From a bacterium (GTDB lineage Bacteria; Bacillota_I; Bacilli_A; RF39; UBA660), in contig JAUNFK010000004.1 of the NCBI GenBank assembly GCA_030525085.1, forward strand, positions 1 to 50,058: a stretch of DNA of 50,058 bases, read 5' to 3'. Position 1 is the first letter of the stretch; the number at the start of each line of letters is the position of its first letter. The position numbers and the translations under genes are program-made. This document shows positions 27,282-33,275 of this stretch, in pieces. The notes under the pieces were generated by a model, which did not search any database, was not told the origin of the DNA, and saw only the letters and a list, made by a program, of their open reading frames with translations.

Positions 27282-29272
27282 AAACCTTTCTCCTTTCTAG
27301 TAGTTAAGAAAAGTATTTTATCAAACTTATAATATTCTTTGTTATGACTAACGATAATTATAGTTTTGTCTTTATAATATTTGCAGATTCTGTGTATTAT
27401 TCTTTTTCTTTCGGCAGGTTCAATTTCTGATAATGCTTCATCTAATAGTAATATATCAAAGTCTTTATATAGTGATCTAGCTAAAATAATTTTTTGAATT
27501 TCACCCCCGCTAAAATTATCTTTGATTAGTGAATTAATTCCATTATATTTAGTTTTATAGATTTTATCTAAGTTTAGAAGTCTTTCTATTGTTTTAAATC
27601 TCTCCTCCTCAATAATATTATCTAAAACAATATTTTCTTTTATAGTTCCAGGAAGGATCTTTTGGCTTTGATTGACATATGATATTTTACTTCTTAATGA
27701 ATCTAAATTAATATCTTTCAAATCCGTTTTATTAATAGTTACTCTTCCATTATAGTCAGTAACTGCTTGAAATAAAATATTTAACAAAGTTGATTTACCA
27801 CTGCCATTTTCTCCTTTTATTAAGATCTTTTCACCTTCGTTTATTTCATAAGAGAAATTATCAAATATTTTATTTAATCCGATTTTATATGTTAGTGCAC
27901 TTATTTTGATGCTTCCATTTCGAAAGTTAAAACTTCTATTTTTTTCTCTTTCTAAATAATAAATACTATTAATTCTTCTGTAGGCACTTCTAAAAAATAA
28001 TATATTGGGCATTATTGTAAGAAAGTAACTTACCGATGATATAAAATAATTATTAATAAAGATAAATGTTAAAATATCACTTGTTTCTTTAGATAAGATG
28101 ATGCTGTAAATAATTATTATAATTAATGCACTTTCATTGTAGGAACTTATAAGTAAATCATTAAAAGCAATTTTTTTATTTAATTTATAATTTAATTTAT
28201 TATTATCTGTAATTATTCCTTTAATCTTTTTTAAATAATATTCTGTTTTATTTATAATTTTGATAGTCCAAGAATTAGATAGAATGCTGATTAAAGTATC
28301 TACTAAATTTGTGTTACTATCTATTGTGATTTCTAAGGTTTGATACAGTTTTTTATTATAAAAGTACACTATGATTGTTATAATTAATGTTATTATAATA
28401 ATCTTTTTAAATATTTCCTTATCAATAATTACTAGAATAGAACTTGTACATATTATTAATATTAAATTAATAATGCCTTCTATTATAGTTATAGTGACAT
28501 TTTCTTTTATCGTGTTTATATCTTCAAACCTGCTTATTAAATCGCCTTCTTTTCTTAACTGCAAATATTTAAAAGGGAGATATAAAACTTGCTTGATGTA
28601 ATCTGAACAAAGGATACTGCCAATATTATTGTTTGCTTTATATATTAATGTATTTTTAAAGTATGTTATTAAACTTTTGCTTAATAATAATATAAATATT
28701 AATATTATTAATTTAGTGTCTTTTTCTGATATGGAATCATTTAAGATAATAGTGTTTAGTAATAAAATTGAACAAATAAATATTGTTAGAATAAGAATCT
28801 TTATAAATAATATTCTATTTTCTTTTAAGGTGTTTTTTAGTAAGTTTAAAAACATTGACTTTGGTTTATAGTTAACAATGTTTTTTATTGGTGTAAGTTT
28901 CAGAATATATCCAGTAAAAACATTATTAAAGTCGGATTTATTTATTTTTCTTTTGCCAATTGCCGGATCCATAATCCAAACGAAGGATTCACTGACATCA
29001 TAAATTACAACAAAGTGTAATAAGTTATTTTGATTTATCTGAGCAATAACTGGTGAGGTATATTTAAATAAATCTTCTTTTTTGCCTATAACTTCAAAAC
29101 CGTATTTTTCGGCAGCTTCTTTTAAATTATAAAAATTAGTTCCGTCCTTAGTTGTTAAGGTGTCTACTTTTACTAACTCCACCGGAATATTTCCATTATA
29201 ATATTTTATTATAGATAGCAAACAACATGCACCGCAGTCCGCTTCGTCTTCTTGCTTTACAACAGTAATCAT
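27275..29272 (-). CDS. Peptidase-containing ABC transporter (C39 + TMD + NBD), double-glycine peptide exporter
   Basis: QEDEADCGACCL (Cys), HFVVIYD (His/Asp), Walker A GENGSGKS, FSGGE, LLLDEA; start ATG 29272. Confidence 0.93.
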   Translation of the reverse strand: MITVVKQEDEADCGACCLLSIIKYYNGNIPVELVKVDTLTTKDGTNFYNLKEAAEKYGFEVIGKKEDLFKYTSPVIAQINQNNLLHFVVIYDVSESFVWIMDPAIGKRKINKSDFNNVFTGYILKLTPIKNIVNYKPKSMFLNLLKNTLKENRILFIKILILTIFICSILLLNTIILNDSISEKDTKLIILIFILLLSKSLITYFKNTLIYKANNNIGSILCSDYIKQVLYLPFKYLQLRKEGDLISRFEDINTIKENVTITIIEGIINLILIICTSSILVIIDKEIFKKIIIITLIITIIVYFYNKKLYQTLEITIDSNTNLVDTLISILSNSWTIKIINKTEYYLKKIKGIITDNNKLNYKLNKKIAFNDLLISSYNESALIIIIIYSIILSKETSDILTFIFINNYFISSVSYFLTIMPNILFFRSAYRRINSIYYLEREKNRSFNFRNGSIKISALTYKIGLNKIFDNFSYEINEGEKILIKGENGSGKSTLLNILFQAVTDYNGRVTINKTDLKDINLDSLRSKISYVNQSQKILPGTIKENIVLDNIIEEERFKTIERLLNLDKIYKTKYNGINSLIKDNFSGGEIQKIILARSLYKDFDILLLDEALSEIEPAERKRIIHRICKYYKDKTIIIVSHNKEYYKFDKILFLTTRKEKGLC

Positions 29273-29276
29273 TTTT

Positions 29277-29325
29277 CCTCCCTTCATTAGTTATTGTTGT
29301 AACTAATTAACTCATTTCCTTTTTT
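29277..29325 (-). repeat. Left copy of a perfect 49-bp inverted repeat (contains the exporter SD)
   Basis: Reverse complement AAAAAAGGAAATGAGTTAATTAGTTACAACAATAACTAATGAAGGGAGG is identical to 30089-30137. Confidence 0.97.
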
Positions 29326-29330
29326 ATTTT

Positions 29331-29363
29331 AAAAAAACTAGTTAATTATTTTAACTAGTTTTT
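29331..29363 (-). terminator. Intrinsic terminator of the cassette membrane-protein gene
   Basis: AAAAACTAGTTAA-5 nt-TTAACTAGTTTTT 13-bp stem overlapping the stop codon. Confidence 0.85.
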
Positions 29364-30035
29364 ATCTTTATTTTTTAGTTTTTTAAGTTTATCTAAGAGT
29401 TTTGTGTTTCTTTTTACTAAGTATGGGTATGCTTCAATTAATCTTGTTTTTATTTTTTGACCTAATGCTTTTTTCTTTTCGTATTCTTCGATTAATTTAT
29501 CTAAATGGCTTGCTACGCTACTTACTTTTAATGCTTCAAAGAAACTGATTAAAAAGTCCGTTAGCATAATAATAAATATTATTATAGAAATCCACATCAC
29601 AGTTGTAGTACTCATAACATGATATAGTTTATTAAATAATGGGTTAAATAGATAAATTATTGCAACCGATCCTACTCCAAATAAAACAGAGTTTTGCAAG
29701 CATACCCTACCGTTTAGATTATACTTCTTTTCTGAATAATCCCACCACCTATTATGAAATACTTTTTCCATTACATAACTTGTTGTATATTCAAGAAGTG
29801 AACATAATACTAATCCAAAAAGGAAGATGATAAATGAATCTTTTTTGATGTGCATGCTGGTTATAGCAAAACTAACTAACATTGCCCCGTTACCATAAAT
29901 AGGAATATATGGGCCGTGCATAAAGCCTCTATTAACCCATTTTTTATCTCCTAAATAGACATAAAATACTTCACATATGTATCCAATAACTGAATAAAAA
30001 ACAAAATATAAAAATATATAAAATAGTTTTTCCAT
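29355..30035 (-). CDS. Putative ABC transporter permease (CmpB/TMEM229-like membrane protein)
   Basis: GYICEV, NRGFMHGPYIPIYG, LEYTTS..MEK.F..RWWDYS, NLNGRVCL motifs; GAGGAG SD. Confidence 0.85.
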   Translation of the reverse strand: MEKLFYIFLYFVFYSVIGYICEVFYVYLGDKKWVNRGFMHGPYIPIYGNGAMLVSFAITSMHIKKDSFIIFLFGLVLCSLLEYTTSYVMEKVFHNRWWDYSEKKYNLNGRVCLQNSVLFGVGSVAIIYLFNPLFNKLYHVMSTTTVMWISIIIFIIMLTDFLISFFEALKVSSVASHLDKLIEEYEKKKALGQKIKTRLIEAYPYLVKRNTKLLDKLKKLKNKDKN

Positions 30036-30055
30036 TACTACTCTCCTCTAAAATA

Positions 30056-30084
30056 ATTTTATCTAATTATTAATTATTTTACAA
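30056..30084 (-). promoter_or_regulatory. Sigma-A-like promoter of the cassette gene
   Basis: Minus strand TTGTAA-17 bp-TAAAAT, lying just inside the right repeat. Confidence 0.6.
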
Positions 30085-30088
30085 GATA

Positions 30089-30137
30089 AAAAAAGGAAAT
30101 GAGTTAATTAGTTACAACAATAACTAATGAAGGGAGG
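30089..30137 (+). repeat. Right copy of the perfect 49-bp inverted repeat
   Basis: AAAAAAGGAAATGAGTTAATTAGTTACAACAATAACTAATGAAGGGAGG; ends in a GGGAGG SD 8 nt before ATG 30146. Confidence 0.97.
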
Positions 30138-30145
30138 TATTTGAT

Positions 30146-30202
30146 ATGTTATTTAGATTTTTATTTAGAGCATTATATTTAACTTTTAGAATGTTTTTAT
30201 AG
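30146..30202 (+). CDS. Putative small hydrophobic peptide (18 aa)
   Basis: MLFRFLFRALYLTFRMFL*; strong SD at optimal spacing; translation unproven. Confidence 0.45.
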   Translation: MLFRFLFRALYLTFRMFL

Positions 30203-30251
30203 AATAATTTATTTATAGTTAAATATAATTTACTAGCGAAAGGAATGGAAT

Positions 30252-30746
30252 ATGATTAATAAACAAAAATTATGGTTCTTAACTTTATTTAGTATTATTT
30301 TGGTACTTAGTGTTTATTATGTATCAATGCCTACGGAAAATTTATCTAATTTAATTAGATCTAATGATACTAGCAGTGATAAAACAACAGTTAAAACAAA
30401 TACTGAAGATAATTTAGCAGCTCTTAGAGTTAGTAATGATGAAGAGGTACTTGCGGAGATGAATAAACTTCAAGAGACTTTACTTGATACAACTGCATCA
30501 TCCGAAGATAAAAATAATGCTTATGAAAAGTTACTTTCTATTAATCTTAATAAAGGAAAAGAAACTTCACTTGAGGAACTTATTTTAAACGAATTTAAGA
30601 TTAAAACTTTTATAAAAATTAATGGAGATAAGATAAGCGTTACAATACCAACCAAAGATGGAAGTTATGAAAAAGCTAATCAGATTATGAGAACTATTCA
30701 GAAAGAATTTGATAAGAAACAGTATATTACCGTAAAATATCAATAG
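30252..30746 (+). CDS. SpoIIIAH-like family protein
   Basis: KQKLWFLTLFSIILVLSVYY N-terminus; helical middle (EKLLSIN..KETSLEELI) and C-terminal beta-alpha-beta. Confidence 0.82.
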   Translation: MINKQKLWFLTLFSIILVLSVYYVSMPTENLSNLIRSNDTSSDKTTVKTNTEDNLAALRVSNDEEVLAEMNKLQETLLDTTASSEDKNNAYEKLLSINLNKGKETSLEELILNEFKIKTFIKINGDKISVTIPTKDGSYEKANQIMRTIQKEFDKKQYITVKYQ

Positions 30747-30754
30747 TCAATATT

Positions 30755-30783
30755 CACTCTCTTTTTATATGTTTCATAAAATA
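30755..30783 (+). promoter_or_regulatory. Candidate sigma-K (mother-cell) promoter of gerE
   Basis: CACT-16 bp-CATAAAATA fits the B. subtilis sigma-K consensus (mACm ... CATA---TA), with one mismatch at -35. Confidence 0.5.
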
Positions 30784-30809
30784 AGGTAGTAGTTGAAAGA
30801 GAGGGAAAT

Positions 30810-31016
30810 ATGTCAAAGAGTATATTAACAGCACGTGAACGAGAAGTTTTTGAACTTTTAGTGTTAAACAAATCGACTAAAGAAATTAGCAGTTATTTAG
30901 GCATCAGTGAAAAAACTGTAAGGAATCATATATCAAATGTTATGCAAAAAATGAATGTTAAGGGCCGTAGTGGTGCAATCGTAGAACTTTTAAAGCTAGG
31001 TGAAATCAATTTATAA
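30810..31016 (+). CDS. gerE: GerE-like stand-alone LuxR-type HTH regulator
   Basis: 68 aa; ILTAREREVFELLV..KSTKEI...LGISEKTVRNHISNVMQK..VKGRS.AIVELLKLGE closely follows B. subtilis GerE. Confidence 0.88.
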   Translation: MSKSILTAREREVFELLVLNKSTKEISSYLGISEKTVRNHISNVMQKMNVKGRSGAIVELLKLGEINL

Positions 31017-31042
31017 AAGTCGTAATTAAACGACTTTTTTTA
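31015..31042 (+). terminator. Intrinsic terminator after gerE
   Basis: AAAAGTCGT-AATTAA-ACGACTTTT plus T-run. Confidence 0.85.
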
Positions 31043-31075
31043 TTTTAATTAGAATATATTTAAATGAGGTGCATT

Positions 31076-32002
31076 ATGCTAATAAGAATGGTTAAGAAAA
31101 GAACATTTTTAATCTTATCTAGTTTATTGATTTTATTAATAGTTTATTTATTTCCGACAAAAAGTGATGATAAAATTGAGGCCAAAATCGAGAATAAAGA
31201 TTTTAGTATAGTTTATTTGTTAAATGAAAATAACTTACTTTCAAGGGTTTCTGTTGTTACAAATAATATAGATATTAATACTAAGGTAAAAGAGATTACT
31301 GATTATTTAACTATTTCGTCAGATAAAAGCGATTATTTACTAGATGGATTTACACCAATTATTCCTAAGGGTACTAAACTTCTTTATTTTAAAATTGATA
31401 ACGATTTGTTGACTTTGAATTTTTCAAAAAGTCTTTTGAATATAAGTGCAGAAAATGAAAAAAGACTAATTAGTGCATTAGTCTATTCTTATACTAGTAT
31501 TAGTGAAATTAAAGCAATTAGTATATATGTTGACGGGAATTTGCTAGAGAAACTTCCCCACTCTAATGAGAAATTACCCCAAATCATTGATAGAAGTTAT
31601 GGGATTAATCAAATTTATAATATAGATGATATTGTCGGGACTACCAAAACTACTATTTATTATCTATCCAAATATAATGATTATTATTACTATGTACCAG
31701 TTACTTTAGTTAATAATGACAAAAGTGATAAGATCAAAATAATATTATCTGAACTAGCTAGTAAAACTGTTTATGAAACAAATTTGATTAGTTATCTAAG
31801 AGATGTTAGACAAATAAATTATGAAATAGAAAATGATTTTATTACCGTTAATATGAGTCAAAAATTATTTAATGATTTGTATGAATCTAATTTAATTGAA
31901 AAAGTTATTTATACGTTAAATTTATCTATTTCTAATAATTATGAACATGCTAAGGTTGTATATTATGTAAATGATAGTATGTATGAAACTTACACCTTTT
32001 AA
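31076..32002 (+). CDS. GerMN-domain spore germination protein (GerM-like)
   Basis: N-terminal TM; IPKGTKLL..KID..LLTLNFSK..E.RLI.ALVYSYTSI.EI..I.IYVDG; INQ...TTIYY...YYVPVT; near gerE as in Bacillus; start likely ATG 31076. Confidence 0.8.
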   Translation: MLIRMVKKRTFLILSSLLILLIVYLFPTKSDDKIEAKIENKDFSIVYLLNENNLLSRVSVVTNNIDINTKVKEITDYLTISSDKSDYLLDGFTPIIPKGTKLLYFKIDNDLLTLNFSKSLLNISAENEKRLISALVYSYTSISEIKAISIYVDGNLLEKLPHSNEKLPQIIDRSYGINQIYNIDDIVGTTKTTIYYLSKYNDYYYYVPVTLVNNDKSDKIKIILSELASKTVYETNLISYLRDVRQINYEIENDFITVNMSQKLFNDLYESNLIEKVIYTLNLSISNNYEHAKVVYYVNDSMYETYTF

Positions 32003-32338
32003 TTAGCCCAATTTATCACCATTTTGGGCTGGTTTGTCTGGGATTATTAGAATAACTCCTCCTTCACTATATGTGCCTAATACAAGCACTTCTGACATGA
32101 AATCAGCTATTTGTCTTGGTGGGAAGTTTGTAACTGCAAGTATTTGTTTGCCAATTAAGCTTTCTGTGGTATATTTTTCTGTAATCTGAGCAGATGATTT
32201 CTTTATTCCAAGACTACCAAAGTCTATTAATAATTGGTATGCAGGTCTTCTAGCTTTTTCAAATACTTTTGCTTCGATAATAGTTCCTACCCTTATATCT
32301 AATTTTATAAAATCATTAATTGTTGCTATGTTTTCCAT
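32003..32338 (-). CDS. csaA: tRNA-binding/export chaperone CsaA
   Basis: DFIKLDIRVGTI, SSAQIT..YT.E.LIGKQ..AVTNFPPRQI..FMSEVLVLG. Confidence 0.93.
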   Translation of the reverse strand: MENIATINDFIKLDIRVGTIIEAKVFEKARRPAYQLLIDFGSLGIKKSSAQITEKYTTESLIGKQILAVTNFPPRQIADFMSEVLVLGTYSEGGVILIIPDKPAQNGDKLG

Positions 32339-32843
32339 ATAAGTCCTCCTTTTTTATATAATTATTTATAAACGGATTAGCTATTTTAAATAAAAAGTAT
32401 CCAATTATTCCACCAATAGTATTTGTAAATATATCTGTAATGTCAGAGCTTCTCGAACTTATTATTGGTTGTAAAATTTCAATTGTAAGACTAAATAATA
32501 ATGTATAGCCTGCTGTTTTTAAAAAGCTATTTTTTGTAGTTTTAAAGTTAATTAAAAATCCAAATGGTATTGTCATAATAATATTTAAAATTATTTGCCT
32601 TAAGTAGTCTCCTCTTCCATTAATTAAATCTTCAAATAAATTAAGATTCATTTTTGCTGATGAATGGTGAAAAATTTGAGGTATTGATGTGATAATCGGC
32701 ATTAATGTAAAGTATAGTACCGCTGAAATATAAATATATATGAGGGTATTTATAGTAAAAATCCAAATGCCCTTTTTCTGCCACTTTTTAAAGAAAAATA
32801 GTAGATATACAATTACTATTACTATTATATCCAGAGTTTTCAT
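32316..32843 (-). CDS. VanZ family membrane protein
   Basis: NLNLF, QIILNIIMTIPFG, LTIEILQ, DITDIFTNTIGG. Confidence 0.88.
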   Translation of the reverse strand: MKTLDIIVIVIVYLLFFFKKWQKKGIWIFTINTLIYIYISAVLYFTLMPIITSIPQIFHHSSAKMNLNLFEDLINGRGDYLRQIILNIIMTIPFGFLINFKTTKNSFLKTAGYTLLFSLTIEILQPIISSRSSDITDIFTNTIGGIIGYFLFKIANPFINNYIKKEDLYGKHSNN

Positions 32844-32863
32844 ATTCTAAATTCCTAATAATT

Positions 32864-33259
32864 TTAATTTTCTTTATCATTAGCTTTTGCATTAATGCTT
32901 AGATAGTTACTAATGTTTCCTTCTTCATCTTTTATCCAAATATAATATTTTTTATATTCGAAGATAGAAATAGTTGCAGTGTTATTTTCAACCTTGTTCC
33001 AGCATACTGCATTTTCACTTGGTTTTGTTCTTGTAGTTTTAACGCAAAACTCGATTGGATCTCCAGAGGTTTCAATGTAGAGTTTGCCATCAGCGATATT
33101 AATTGATTCTATTTTTGCACTCATATCATCTCCTACTTTTACAAAGTAAGAATTACTTTCATGATTTGGTAGTAAGTTTGTTGCAATTACTACGCCAAAA
33201 ATAATTATGATAACTATTCCTGTGATAATTATAAATGATGTTTTTTTATTTGCTTCCAT
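32864..33259 (-). CDS. Hypothetical membrane-anchored protein with small beta domain
   Basis: Start reassigned to ATG 33259 (AAAGGA SD); single TM; C-terminal YYIWIKDEEGNIS. Confidence 0.75.
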   Translation of the reverse strand: MEANKKTSFIIITGIVIIIIFGVVIATNLLPNHESNSYFVKVGDDMSAKIESINIADGKLYIETSGDPIEFCVKTTRTKPSENAVCWNKVENNTATISIFEYKKYYIWIKDEEGNISNYLSINAKANDKEN

Positions 33260-33275
33260 TTTAAATTTATCCTTT

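Noticed and set aside
29277-30137. The 49-bp inverted repeats as ends of a MITE or composite transposon
   Set aside because: Flanks (…AATCATTTTT / TATTTGATAT…) show no target-site duplication, there is no transposase, and the repeats carry the SDs of the flanking genes.
31990-32015. gerM-like and csaA stop codons abut with no terminator
   Set aside because: Common in compact genomes; no extra structure seen.
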